Assembly (NCBI GenBank): GCA_963664815.2
Contig: CAXXHB010000003.1
Coordinates: forward strand, 2,592,001 to 2,656,000
Length of the DNA: 64,000 bases
Origin: Spirochaetota bacterium
GTDB lineage: Bacteria > Spirochaetota > UBA4802 > UBA5550
Reading direction: 5' to 3'
The notes under the pieces are model-generated. The model had not been told where the DNA came from. It made no database searches and worked only from the letters and a program-made list of their open reading frames with translations. The position numbers were made by a program, and so were the translations under genes. Shown here piece by piece: positions 9,997 through 20,293 of this stretch; positions within the stretch are counted from its first letter, which is position 1, and every line of letters begins with the position of its first letter.

Positions 9997-12456
9997 ATGA
10001 AAATTTTCAAAAAAGTTTCTTTCATGGCGGGAATGTTGCTGTTCACAGCAGCCGCGTTTGCCAGCGAAGCGGATTTAAAAATCCCGGATCTCCACCATGG
10101 TATGCCTTACAATAAACTTGGCGGCATAACACCCTTTTATCTTCTTCTCTACGGTTCAATAGTAATTGCAGGAACTCTCGGAATAAGCTTATTCCTTCGT
10201 CACCAGGTAAGAGTTCTGGAAGCACACAAATCAATGCTTGATGTTGCAGATACTATTTACAAAACATGTAAGACATATCTTGTCCAGCAGGGTAAATTCC
10301 TTCTCATGCTCTTTGCATTTATAGCTGCTGCAATGGCATTCTATTTTCTTGCTCTTAAAGGACAGTCAGTAGGAACACTCGCTCTTGTTCTTATCTTCTC
10401 TGTAGTTGGTATGCTCGGCTCTTACACCGTTGCATGGTATGGAATCAGAATAAATACATATGCCAATGCACGTACAGCCTTCGCATCGCTTAGAGGAAAA
10501 CCATGGGATGTTGTAAATATTCCGCTCCGTGCAGGAATGAGCGTCGGTTTATTCCTTATTTCTCTTGAACTTATAATGATGGTTTTTATACTTCTTGCCG
10601 TCCCAAGAGATATAGTCGGATATTGTTTCCTCGGATTTGCCATTGGCGAATCTCTTGCAGCTTCAGCTCTCAGAATCGCCGGCGGTATATTCACAAAAAT
10701 TGCTGATATAGGATCTGACCTGATGAAAATCGTTTTCAACGTAAAAGAAGACGATCCCCGCAACCCTGGCGTTATTGCAGACTGTACAGGTGACAATGCA
10801 GGCGACAGTGTAGGACCTACAGCTGACGGTTTTGAAACATACGGAGTAACAGGTGTTGCTCTTATATCTTTTATAACACTTGCTGTTGTAAATAACGATG
10901 CTCTGATGAGAGAAGCTATACAGGGCAAACTGATAGTATGGATATTCGGAATGAGATTTCTCATGGACTTCATGTCCGGTATTTCATACTTTGTAAACCA
11001 GTTTATTTCAGAAAGAAAATATAAAGATCTTAAGGAATTTGACTTTGAAGAGCCACTTATGAGGCTTATATGGATTGCAGCTCTACTGTGCCTGTCAACA
11101 TCATTTGTTATGAGCTACCTCCTTATCAGTGACATATCCGTAACTGTAGACGGCGTTGTAAAGACAGCCCCTCACCTGTGGTGGCAGCTTGCGGTAATTA
11201 TCGGCTGCGGTAACCTTGCAGCGGTTCTTATCCCTGAATTTACAAAAGCATTCACAAGTTCCAAGTCTAAACACGTACATGAAATTGTTACAGCATCAAG
11301 GGAAGGCGGAGCATCTCTTACCATTCTTTCGGGTCTTGTTGCAGGCAACTTCAGTGCATTCTATACAGGTACTCTGATTGCAGGACTCATGTCTGTTGCA
11401 GCAGTTGTAAGCTCTTTCATTCCCGAATTTATAATTACATACCCGACAATTTTTGCTTTCGGTCTTGTTGCATTCGGTTTCCTCTGTATGGGTCCCGTTA
11501 ACATAGCTGTTGACAGTTATGGTCCTGTTACAGACAATGCCCAGTCCGTATTTGAGCTTGCACAGACTGAGTCTATTAAGGGCATCAGCGCAGAGATCAA
11601 AAAAGATTTCGGTTTTGAACCTGATTTTGAAATGGGTAAACATTACCTTGAAGCAAACGACTCCGCGGGTAATACTTTTAAAGCTACTGCAAAACCAGTT
11701 CTTATCGGTACAGCGGTGGTTGGTTCTACAACAATGATTTTCTCAATTATCCTTATGCTTAAAGCACAGAACATGTTTCATGCCGACCTTACACAGCCTA
11801 CCACACTTATAGGTCTCATTATGGGTGGCGCAATCATTTTCTGGTTCAGCGGAGCTTCCATGCAGGCTGTAACAACAGGAGCATACAGTGCTGTTGATTT
11901 TATCAAGAAGAACCTGGATCTCAACAAGAAAGAGGCGGATATTGCTGATTCAATCGCAGTTGTTAAGATATGCACACAGTATGCACAGAAAGGTATGTGG
12001 AATATATTCATAGCCCTTATGTCCGTAACTCTGGCATTTGCATTCGTTAACCCGAACTTCTTTGTTGCTTACCTTGTGTCTATTGCATGCTTCGGTCTTT
12101 TCCAGGCTATCTACATGGCAAATGCAGGGGGATCATGGGATAATGCGAAGAAGCTTGTTGAAGTTGACCTTAAAGAGAAAAACACAGCTCTTCATGCGGC
12201 AGCTGTTATAGGCGACACAGTCGGTGACCCGTTCAAGGACACAACATCTGTTTCCCTTAACCCTATAATCAAGTTCTCAACTCTTTTCGGAATGCTTGCA
12301 ACTGAGATTGCCATAGAAATGGCAATTCATGCAAGAGACAGCCACTCCACGAATTACGGGCCGTATATTGCAATACCTCTTTTCCTTATTGCGCTTGTAT
12401 TTATCTGGAGATCATTCTATTCTATGAGAATACCTGCTGATGCAGTAAACAAGTAA
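9997..12456 (+). CDS. hppA: Membrane-bound ion-translocating pyrophosphatase, divergent K+-independent type
   Basis: GGIFTKIADIGSDL, EDDPRNPGVIADCTGDNAGD, GNTFKA and GDTVGDPFKD motifs; many TM helices. Confidence 0.95.
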   Translation: MKIFKKVSFMAGMLLFTAAAFASEADLKIPDLHHGMPYNKLGGITPFYLLLYGSIVIAGTLGISLFLRHQVRVLEAHKSMLDVADTIYKTCKTYLVQQGKFLLMLFAFIAAAMAFYFLALKGQSVGTLALVLIFSVVGMLGSYTVAWYGIRINTYANARTAFASLRGKPWDVVNIPLRAGMSVGLFLISLELIMMVFILLAVPRDIVGYCFLGFAIGESLAASALRIAGGIFTKIADIGSDLMKIVFNVKEDDPRNPGVIADCTGDNAGDSVGPTADGFETYGVTGVALISFITLAVVNNDALMREAIQGKLIVWIFGMRFLMDFMSGISYFVNQFISERKYKDLKEFDFEEPLMRLIWIAALLCLSTSFVMSYLLISDISVTVDGVVKTAPHLWWQLAVIIGCGNLAAVLIPEFTKAFTSSKSKHVHEIVTASREGGASLTILSGLVAGNFSAFYTGTLIAGLMSVAAVVSSFIPEFIITYPTIFAFGLVAFGFLCMGPVNIAVDSYGPVTDNAQSVFELAQTESIKGISAEIKKDFGFEPDFEMGKHYLEANDSAGNTFKATAKPVLIGTAVVGSTTMIFSIILMLKAQNMFHADLTQPTTLIGLIMGGAIIFWFSGASMQAVTTGAYSAVDFIKKNLDLNKKEADIADSIAVVKICTQYAQKGMWNIFIALMSVTLAFAFVNPNFFVAYLVSIACFGLFQAIYMANAGGSWDNAKKLVEVDLKEKNTALHAAAVIGDTVGDPFKDTTSVSLNPIIKFSTLFGMLATEIAIEMAIHARDSHSTNYGPYIAIPLFLIALVFIWRSFYSMRIPADAVNK

Positions 12457-12478
12457 TAGTTTTTTTAATTGATCAGTG

Positions 12479-12509
12479 AAAAAAAGCCCCCTCCGGAGGG
12501 CTTTTTTTT
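12479..12509 (+). terminator. Rho-independent terminator after hppA
   Basis: aaaaaaagccc-N8-gggctttttttt. Confidence 0.85.
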
Positions 12510-12660
12510 CAGCGTTTTCTATTAATTATTTCCCCGGTTACTCTTCTGTACCGACGATTCTCTTTACAAAATATTCATATTAACTAAAATTCCTTGCAAT
12601 TATTTAACCGGCATTGACACTGTCCGCGTAAAAGAGACTACCCGGAGGTAATTCCCGACA

Positions 12661-13290
12661 GTGGATTTCATCAAAAACCTGATAAGCCTTTATATGGGAA
12701 ATATCAATTATCCCATGATACTTTTTCTGATGACTCTTGAAAGTACATTTATTCCGGTTCCCTCCGAACTTGTAGTTCCCCCTGCCGCATGGAAAGCAGC
12801 ACAGAGTGAAATGAATGTTTTCCTTGTAGTATGTATTTCAACACTTGGTTGCATCTTCGGCGCTCTCATAAACTATTTCCTGGCTAAATACCTCGGACGA
12901 AAGCTGATCTACTCGCTTGTTGACACTAAAATTGCACACATGCTGTTTATAAACAGAGAAAACATGGAAAAATCTGAGACTTTTTTTATTAAATACGGCA
13001 GAAGTTCAACATTTATCGGCAGGCTTGTCCCCGGAATCAGACATCTTATATCAATTCCGGCCGGTATAGCTCAAATGAATCTTGCTGATTTTATTTTTTT
13101 TACAGCGATGGGTTCAGCCCTTTGGAACAGTATACTTGCCGCGCTTGGATATTTTCTCTACACCCAGCAGGAATTGCTGAAGAAGTATTATAAAGATCTA
13201 TCCATATTTTTTCTCATAGTGTTTATTATTTTTGTAATTTACCTGATTTATAAATTCTTTATAAAAAAACAGGCATCTGCAAAATCATAA
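12661..13290 (+). CDS. DedA family membrane protein
   Basis: LESTFIPVPSE and FIGRLVPGIRHLISIPAG motifs; GTG start. Confidence 0.93.
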   Translation: MDFIKNLISLYMGNINYPMILFLMTLESTFIPVPSELVVPPAAWKAAQSEMNVFLVVCISTLGCIFGALINYFLAKYLGRKLIYSLVDTKIAHMLFINRENMEKSETFFIKYGRSSTFIGRLVPGIRHLISIPAGIAQMNLADFIFFTAMGSALWNSILAALGYFLYTQQELLKKYYKDLSIFFLIVFIIFVIYLIYKFFIKKQASAKS

Positions 13291-13333
13291 AATCCCGGAA
13301 AATTAAATGAAAACCCCATAAAGGAGTATTGAA

Positions 13334-13951
13334 ATGCTTATACAAAAAGAAATGAAATTCTTCAAACTATTTAATCAGCAGAGCGATAACATGCTTACTG
13401 CCGCAAAATATTTTAATGAACTTGTCACAACAGGAAATTTTAACGATGATACCATTGCAACAATGCACAGAATAGAGCATGAGGGAGATATAATAAGCAG
13501 GGAAGTATCAGTAACTCTTAATAAAACATTCATTACGCCATTCGACAGAGAAGATATCTTTGATCTCTCAAATGCAATCGATAATGTTGTAGATTCCATA
13601 AATGCCATTACCAAAAGAATGAAGCTCTACAAACTGACAAAACCTGATGCTATATTGAAACAGTTTGCTGTTCTTATTGAACAATCTGCATTATCATTAA
13701 GCGATGCCTTAAAAAATCTCGACAACATGAAAAATGCATCACGCGTACAGATTTACTGCAGCGATGTCAACAGGCTTGAAAACCTTGGAGATCAGCTGAG
13801 AGATACTGCTATAAGTGATCTCTTTGAAAAACAGACAGACCCTATACATATTCTTAAGTGGAAAGAGATATATGAAACTTCTGAGCATACAATTGATCTG
13901 TGCGATCATGTTGGAAAAACAATCTATTCAATTATAGTAAAACAGGGCTGA
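13334..13951 (+). CDS. DUF47 family PhoU-like phosphate transport regulator
   Basis: EHEGD...LNKTFITPFDREDI...LENLGD...KWKEIYE; adjacent to a PiT gene. Confidence 0.92.
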   Translation: MLIQKEMKFFKLFNQQSDNMLTAAKYFNELVTTGNFNDDTIATMHRIEHEGDIISREVSVTLNKTFITPFDREDIFDLSNAIDNVVDSINAITKRMKLYKLTKPDAILKQFAVLIEQSALSLSDALKNLDNMKNASRVQIYCSDVNRLENLGDQLRDTAISDLFEKQTDPIHILKWKEIYETSEHTIDLCDHVGKTIYSIIVKQG

Positions 13952-13982
13952 TATAAATCCAGTTTGAAAAGAGGAAAAAATT

Positions 13983-14975
13983 GTGACAACCAGTATAATA
14001 TTATTGATTTTACTCGCTCTGTTTTTTGATTTTTTAAACGGTTTTCATGATGCAGCGAATTCAATTGCAACCGTAGTTGCAACAAGGGTTTTATCGCCAA
14101 ATCTCGCTGTTATATGGGCAGCCTCATTCAGTTTTATAGCCTTCCTTATTTTCGGTCTTCATGTTGCAGGCACAATAGGAAAAGGAATTATACAGCCGGG
14201 AGTCATGGACACTCATATAATATTTGCAACATTGACCGGTGCCTGTTTATGGAATCTGATTACATGGTGGTTCGGACTTCCTACAAGCTCGTCTCATGCG
14301 CTCATGGGGGGCCTCGTAGGTTCAGCATTCGTGAAGGGCGGGTTTGATACAATAGTCCCCTCAGGAATTATTAAAATTCTCGCTTTTATTGTTGTATCCC
14401 CTCTTCTTGGAATGCTTTTAGGAACCACTCTGGGTGTAATTGTTTACAGAATTTTCCGGAAAAGCACACCGCGTAATATAGATTCATACTTCAGAAAAGG
14501 TCAGCTTCTTTCAGCGGCTGCTTATAGTCTGGGTCATGGAGGAAATGATGCCCAAAAAACAATGGGAATAATAGCCGGCCTTCTTTTCAGCCAGGGGCTG
14601 ATAGGACCTACCTTCCATGTTCCGTTCTGGGTTATAATAGCATGTCAGGCGGCTCTCTCATCAGGAACACTGATGGGGGGATGGAGAATTGTAAAAACAA
14701 TGGGTAACAAGATCACAAAGCTCAGACCTGTTGACGGATTCTGCGCGGAAACAGGCGCTGCAATCACTCTATATATAGCCTCTTTTTTCGGTATCCCGGT
14801 AAGTACAACTCATACTATAACCGGTTCAATTGTAGGTGTAGGCTCCCTTAAACGTCTGTCTGCTGTTAAATGGGGAGTTGCCGGAAAAATTGTCTGGGCA
14901 TGGATCATTACAATTCCTGCCGCAGCAACAATGGCAATGATCACTTATTACATCAGCACATTCTTTTCTTTTTAA
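13983..14975 (+). CDS. PiT family inorganic phosphate transporter
   Basis: NGFHDAANSIAT, GLPTSSSHAL, HGGNDAQK and PVSTTH signatures. Confidence 0.95.
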   Translation: MTTSIILLILLALFFDFLNGFHDAANSIATVVATRVLSPNLAVIWAASFSFIAFLIFGLHVAGTIGKGIIQPGVMDTHIIFATLTGACLWNLITWWFGLPTSSSHALMGGLVGSAFVKGGFDTIVPSGIIKILAFIVVSPLLGMLLGTTLGVIVYRIFRKSTPRNIDSYFRKGQLLSAAAYSLGHGGNDAQKTMGIIAGLLFSQGLIGPTFHVPFWVIIACQAALSSGTLMGGWRIVKTMGNKITKLRPVDGFCAETGAAITLYIASFFGIPVSTTHTITGSIVGVGSLKRLSAVKWGVAGKIVWAWIITIPAAATMAMITYYISTFFSF

Positions 14976-14991
14976 GTTAATCACGAATATA

Positions 14992-15015
14992 CCGGTGAGT
15001 AATATCTCTCACCGG
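14992..15015 (+). terminator. Hairpin after the PiT gene, possible terminator
   Basis: ccggtgag-N8-ctcaccgg, 16 bp after the stop; no clear U-tract. Confidence 0.45.
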
Positions 15016-15226
15016 AAATGTGAAAAAATTCCTTTCTGCTAAAAAATTTATTTTATTTTTTTCTGCTCCTGATTACACTACTTTCATCAATATAAGGGCC
15101 TGAATGCTGTCTGTTGAGAAATAAGTCATGATCCGGGAAATAGTGTATTTTATTACCGCTCCAAAAACTTATTGTATTTTAAAGCTGTTATATTCACATG
15201 GATATATAATAGAACAGGAAGGATAG

Positions 15227-16975
15227 ATGAACTTAGAAAAATTTAAAGATCTCGGATTATCAGAAGAAATTCTCAAAGAACTTAAAAAAAAGGGTTTTGA
15301 AGAACCCACAGAAATTCAGGAAAAAATTATTCCTATACTGCTGAAGGAAGAAGTAGATATAGTTGGACAGGCTCAGACTGGAACTGGTAAAACAGCCGCA
15401 TTCGGACTCCCCATACTTGAACGTATCAGTAAAAACTCAAAACACGTACAGGCATTGATACTGGTTCCCACACGGGAACTGGCAATTCAGGTATCTGAAG
15501 AACTTAATTCGTTTAAAGGCAAAAAAAAGCTCCAGATAATTCCTGTCTACGGCGGACAATCCATAACAGACCAGATAAGAAAACTTGAGAATGGTGTTGA
15601 TATTGTTGTCGGAACACCCGGCAGAATAAATGATCACCTGAAAAGAAGAAGCATCTCTCTTTCATCTGTAACATATGTAGTTCTTGATGAAGCCGATGAG
15701 ATGCTGAACATGGGTTTCATTGACGAGGTTGAGGATATTCTTAAACATACAAATCCCGAAAGAAAAACACTCCTTTTCTCCGCCACAATGCATGAAAGCA
15801 TACTGCAGATTGCTAAAAAACATATGAAAGAGTTCAAGACAGTTATTACAAAAAATCTTCAACTCACAGCCGATCTTACAGACCAGATATATTTTGAAGT
15901 ATCAAACTCCGACAAGTTTGAAGCTCTCTGCCGTATCATAGACATGGAAATTGATTTTTACGGACTTATTTTCTGCCGGACAAAAGTTGCTGTTGATGAA
16001 CTTACCAATAAGCTTGTTGACCGCGGATATGATGCCGAGGGTATTCATGGAGACCTGTCACAGTTTCAGAGAGAAAGAACTCTTGATAAATTTAAAAAGA
16101 GAAGAACCAGTATTCTTGTTGCAACCGATGTTGCTGCCCGCGGTATTGATGTAGTAAACCTCTCTCATGTAATAAACTATTCTCTCCCGCAGGATCCTGA
16201 AGCCTATGTTCACAGAATAGGCCGAACAGGGCGTGCCGGTAAAAAGGGGATTGCAATTACATTTATAAGCTCTGATGAATACAGAAAGCTGATGTTTATA
16301 CAGAAAATCGCAAAGACAACTATCAGGAAAGAAAAAATTCCCGGAGCTTCTGAAATAATAAATATAAAGAAATCAAGAATAGAAGCTGAAGTGATAAAAA
16401 TTATTGATAACAAATCTCACACTGAATACCTTAAAACCGCTGAAAACATACTTAAAGAAAATGATCCGGTAGAAGTGCTGGCTGCTATTCTTAAATATTC
16501 ATTCCAGGACCAGTTGAATGAAAAACAATACAAGGAGATCAACGAGGTCTCTATTGATAAAAAGGGGACCTCAAGGCTTTTTGTTTCACTTGGCAGAAAA
16601 GACGGACTTTCCCCCAGGTCTCTTATTAAAATGATTACAAACCAGACAAAGGTAAGAGCCGGAAGCATCGATGATGTTAAAGTAATGGAAAGCTTTTCAT
16701 TTCTGACAGTGCCATTCGAAGACGCCGAGATTATACTGAAAAGCTTTAACAGCAAAGATGGTGAAAATAAAGCGGTTATACAAAGGGCAAACGATTCCAA
16801 AGATAAACCGGCAAGAGAAAGGCCGGACAGAGAAAGACCTTATCAAACCCGGCCCATCAAGGAAAATCAGGACAGGGAACGACCTTATAAAGCAAAATCT
16901 GACAAAGACAAACCGGATAGAAGTAAAAAATTTACCGGTAAGTCAAACAATGAGACACGAAGAAAAAATAAATAA
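15227..16975 (+). CDS. DEAD-box RNA helicase (DeaD/CshA type) with DbpA RNA-binding domain and basic tail
   Basis: AQTGTGKT, PTRELA, DEAD, SAT and HRIGRTGRAG motifs. Confidence 0.96.
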   Translation: MNLEKFKDLGLSEEILKELKKKGFEEPTEIQEKIIPILLKEEVDIVGQAQTGTGKTAAFGLPILERISKNSKHVQALILVPTRELAIQVSEELNSFKGKKKLQIIPVYGGQSITDQIRKLENGVDIVVGTPGRINDHLKRRSISLSSVTYVVLDEADEMLNMGFIDEVEDILKHTNPERKTLLFSATMHESILQIAKKHMKEFKTVITKNLQLTADLTDQIYFEVSNSDKFEALCRIIDMEIDFYGLIFCRTKVAVDELTNKLVDRGYDAEGIHGDLSQFQRERTLDKFKKRRTSILVATDVAARGIDVVNLSHVINYSLPQDPEAYVHRIGRTGRAGKKGIAITFISSDEYRKLMFIQKIAKTTIRKEKIPGASEIINIKKSRIEAEVIKIIDNKSHTEYLKTAENILKENDPVEVLAAILKYSFQDQLNEKQYKEINEVSIDKKGTSRLFVSLGRKDGLSPRSLIKMITNQTKVRAGSIDDVKVMESFSFLTVPFEDAEIILKSFNSKDGENKAVIQRANDSKDKPARERPDRERPYQTRPIKENQDRERPYKAKSDKDKPDRSKKFTGKSNNETRRKNK

Positions 16976-17040
16976 GAATATACCTTTGAGACTGAAAAAA
17001 CATTTATAAGTCTTAGCCGGGAAATTTATCGATTCTTTAA

Positions 17041-17832
17041 TTAATAATTATGCATGTGAAAATGAGAATGTTCTTTCCCGGCATGTCTGTGATAGTGTTC
17101 ATCAACCAGATTAACCTTTTTTAATAAACCAGAATCCTCAAGTAATTTCTCAGTGGGCATGTCGGCAACAATAGTATGATTTTCATCAAACAGTATTACC
17201 CTTTCGGCAATCTCCTGAACCAGTTCAAGGTTATGTGTAGACGAAATTATAGTTTTACCGGCCTTTTTCATCTCAATAATAAACTCCACAAGCCAGATTT
17301 GTGTCCTCGGGTCAAGGCCGTTCATCGGTTCATCTAAAACAAGGACATCAGGATTCAATGAAAGTACACTGGCTATCGCAACTTTTCTTTTCTCTCCGCC
17401 ACTAAGATGGTACGGCTGCCTTTTTTTTAATTTCTGTATATTGAGAAGATTCAGGCAATCATCAACTCTTGCATCCACTTCATTTTCATCCATTCCCATC
17501 TGCCTTGGACCAAATGCAATTTCATCATAGACATCAGAACAGAAAAGCTGAACTTCTGAATTCTGAAAAATAAATCCTATTTTTTTATGGAAAAGTTTTG
17601 AAAAACTGATATCCTTAAGTCTGTCTGCTGTAATCTCTTCACCATTGAATTTATAAACACCTTTATCCGGCAGTATTATCCCGTTTATCATTTTCAGGAG
17701 TGTTGATTTCCCGCATCCATTGGGTCCTATCAATGCTATTGATTCACCTTTTGTTATTTTAAGAGTAACGTCTTTTAAGGCCGCAGCTTCCTCGTAGGAA
17801 TAAAATGCATTCTCAATACTAATCATATTCAT
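17041..17832 (-). CDS. cbiO: Ni/Co ECF transporter ATPase (CbiO/NikO) with His-rich C-terminus
   Basis: GPNGCGKS, LSGGEKRK and LDEP motifs; tail HYHRHAGKEHSHFHMH; operon context. Confidence 0.9.
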   Translation of the reverse strand: MNMISIENAFYSYEEAAALKDVTLKITKGESIALIGPNGCGKSTLLKMINGIILPDKGVYKFNGEEITADRLKDISFSKLFHKKIGFIFQNSEVQLFCSDVYDEIAFGPRQMGMDENEVDARVDDCLNLLNIQKLKKRQPYHLSGGEKRKVAIASVLSLNPDVLVLDEPMNGLDPRTQIWLVEFIIEMKKAGKTIISSTHNLELVQEIAERVILFDENHTIVADMPTEKLLEDSGLLKKVNLVDEHYHRHAGKEHSHFHMHNY

Positions 17833-18638
17833 ACCACTTTAAAATAGAAAAAAATTATAATCATCAGAACATTTGCCACAATATATAAAAGATCGGCAAT
17901 TGTGAACTGTATTTTTCTGGGAGCTTTATACTCACCTGTGAATCCCCGGCATTCCATTGCCGAATACATTTCAGCTGCCATTTCTGTAGATTTGATAAAC
18001 ATTGTTCCGGCTATCCCGGAAAGGGAAGCATATTTTTTATTGTTCTTCCCTACTGACCTTAATTTTAATGCATAAAGCATATTAAGTGAATATTCACCCA
18101 GCAGAAAAATATATTTTATAGTTATATCAAGTACAAAGATAAACAGATCCGGGATAAAAACTGTTTTCAGGGAAGCAGTTATTAAATTCCATGGTGTGGA
18201 ATATGAGAGTATATTTACCGCAATTACAGTTGCAAAAACTTTTGGTGTAATCATAAAAATACTGTAATAATTACCGAAATATACCGCCGGCAGCAGAACT
18301 ATCATTGTAAATACAGAAACAACAAAGCATATCTTCAAAATTCTGATAATTTCATCCCCCTTCATAAGGCTTAAAAGAAAAAGAAGATAAACATTAGCTA
18401 TAACAATAAATATAAAGCTTCGTGTCAGAGAAATGAGAATAACGAGAATCAGAGTAAATAATACTTTAAGTATGGCATTTACCTTAAACTTTTTATCCCT
18501 ATGACCGCTGTAGATTTTGATTTTTGAAAGAATGCTCAATAAAGAAAGGATACTCTTGTCTAAAAAAGTATCCTTATCTGATTGTGGGATATAATCATCA
18601 TTTCCTGAAAGCCATTCAGGTATACTTGAGTTTTTCAA
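17829..18638 (-). CDS. cbiQ: Ni/Co ECF transporter T component (CbiQ/NikQ)
   Basis: TM helices; conserved ALKLRS and AMECRGF motifs; 4-bp overlap with the ATPase gene. Confidence 0.88.
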   Translation of the reverse strand: MKNSSIPEWLSGNDDYIPQSDKDTFLDKSILSLLSILSKIKIYSGHRDKKFKVNAILKVLFTLILVILISLTRSFIFIVIANVYLLFLLSLMKGDEIIRILKICFVVSVFTMIVLLPAVYFGNYYSIFMITPKVFATVIAVNILSYSTPWNLITASLKTVFIPDLFIFVLDITIKYIFLLGEYSLNMLYALKLRSVGKNNKKYASLSGIAGTMFIKSTEMAAEMYSAMECRGFTGEYKAPRKIQFTIADLLYIVANVLMIIIFFYFKVV

Positions 18639-18650
18639 ATTGTCTTCTCA

Positions 18651-19649
18651 TCAGGCGGCAGCTTTGTCCGCATCTTTTTTCAAACTGCTGACAATTTTAA
18701 AAATGATCAGCAATATCGCTACACCCGCAATAGCAGATATAATATAACCGGCTTTTTCAGGCAATCCTTTTACTGCATAGTCAGGTATTAATACCTTAAA
18801 ATCAAATCCATTTGCCATTCCTTCAGGTACAAAACCGAGAGCATTACCCCCTGCAGTGACATCTTTAATCTCATCCATACCCCATTCGCCCCATGCAGTA
18901 CCGGTTGCAAGCAGGCCAATAGGCGAGAGGCATATTAAGCCAACTATTAATGCATAAACTGACTTTATCGATTCCTTTGAGCCTTCATATATTGTTCCGG
19001 GAGATACTTTCTTTATAAATGAAAAGATAGCAACTGTGAAAACTGCTTCAACGATACCCGCTATAACCATATGTGGTATCACCATTGCCGGAATTGAAAT
19101 AGAAAGTGGATATGGACAATACAATGGTTGTCCTGCTGTATTTTTAAACAGTATCGGCTGAATACCAAATTCAACAGCAGCCATTAAAGAAGCTGTCACT
19201 ATCCCGAAATATGATCCAAGAACAATTCCGGTGTATTCCCCTTTTTCAGAGGTAAATTTATCTTTTATGTATTTATATATAGTATAGCCTATAAATGGAA
19301 GAACAAATGCCATGTTAAAACAGTTCGCAGCAAATGCCAGAATACCACCATCTCCAAAAAGAAGGGCCTGAATAAGTAAAGCTATTGAAACTGAAATACA
19401 TGCCGACCATGGTCCCAATAATATTGCAATCAGCGTCCCACCCACGGCATGTCCTGTTGTACCTCCCGGAAGTGGAACATTAAACATCATAAGTAAAAAT
19501 GAAAAAGCGGCCCCTATTCCCAGCATAGGCATTCTGCTTTTTATAACTTCGCCTTTGACTTTTTTAACAGCGATTGCCCATGCTGGGATCATTACAGTAC
19601 CCATAACGGCGCATGTTGACGGGCTTAAATAATTATCCGGAATATGCAT
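18651..19649 (-). CDS. cbiM: Ni/Co ECF substrate-binding component, CbiM/NikM fused to a PDGLE/NikN-like domain
   Basis: N-terminal MHIPDNYL metal-binding motif, GTTGHAVGG, and C-terminal WGEW...IPDY. Confidence 0.93.
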   Translation of the reverse strand: MHIPDNYLSPSTCAVMGTVMIPAWAIAVKKVKGEVIKSRMPMLGIGAAFSFLLMMFNVPLPGGTTGHAVGGTLIAILLGPWSACISVSIALLIQALLFGDGGILAFAANCFNMAFVLPFIGYTIYKYIKDKFTSEKGEYTGIVLGSYFGIVTASLMAAVEFGIQPILFKNTAGQPLYCPYPLSISIPAMVIPHMVIAGIVEAVFTVAIFSFIKKVSPGTIYEGSKESIKSVYALIVGLICLSPIGLLATGTAWGEWGMDEIKDVTAGGNALGFVPEGMANGFDFKVLIPDYAVKGLPEKAGYIISAIAGVAILLIIFKIVSSLKKDADKAAA

Positions 19650-19692
19650 AATAAAACCTCTTTTTAATATTAATATAATTACACCAGATTCT

Positions 19693-19719
19693 ATATTACG
19701 AAATTAAAAGAGGTGGCAC
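19693..19719. promoter_or_regulatory. Candidate NikR-type operator next to a minus-strand TTGACA
   Basis: ATATTAC-N13-GTGGCAC pseudo-palindrome 43 bp upstream of the cbiM start; TTGACA (minus strand) at 19721-19726. Confidence 0.4.
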
Positions 19720-19999
19720 ATGTCAACACATTTTTATTTTTTGTGTTACCAAATAATAAATACAGGAATAAATATGCCCGAAACTAAAGTATCACTTAAG
19801 CGCAGCTTCAATAACATTAATCAGCTGAAATTTTTCAACAGGTTTAATAAGCATCCGGTATGTTCAGAATGTTTACAAAATGATTACAAAGTTTTTAAGG
19901 ATTTTTAAATATTCATCTTCCAATATAAAAAAGTTATTATGTAAAAATTTTAACTGCCGATAAACTAGATGTGACATAACTTACATCGGAGTAATAATA

Positions 20000-20224
20000 A
20001 TGAAAGAAACAAAAATTAAGAGCAAATCATTCAGGGAATTACTTGAGAAATACCTTGAAATTAAAGGGCTTGATATTGTAGTTATTTTAAATGATGGAAA
20101 AGAAGTTGAACTTTATAAAAACCGGGAAATTATCGATGATATGATAGTAACGATGGACAACTATCACAACCGTCAGAGAATCCCGATTTCCGAGGTTAAA
20201 TCTGTAGATATGTTTGCCGCATAA
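20000..20224 (+). CDS. Small hypothetical protein (74 aa), possibly an Sm/SH3-like beta barrel
   Basis: GGAG RBS upstream and a terminator downstream; pattern VVILNDGKEV...IPISEVKSV. Confidence 0.75.
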   Translation: MKETKIKSKSFRELLEKYLEIKGLDIVVILNDGKEVELYKNREIIDDMIVTMDNYHNRQRIPISEVKSVDMFAA

Positions 20225-20234
20225 AACCGATATT

Positions 20235-20285
20235 TTATTGTAAATTAAAAAATCCCGTATAGCGGGATTTTTTAATTTACAATAA
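20235..20285. terminator. Bidirectional terminator between convergent genes
   Basis: 23-bp perfect IR ttattgtaaattaaaaaatcccg-N5-cgggattttttaatttacaataa. Confidence 0.85.
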
Positions 20286-20293
20286 TCAATATT

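Noticed and set aside
16800-16925. DRERPY repeats in the helicase tail
   Set aside because: Short charged repeats are ordinary in DEAD-box C-terminal tails.
19650-19999. Cobalamin or NiCo riboswitch upstream of cbiM, and the 62-aa ORF 19720..19908
   Set aside because: No B12 box or four-way junction is recognisable. The ORF overlaps the promoter region and has no recognisable motif.
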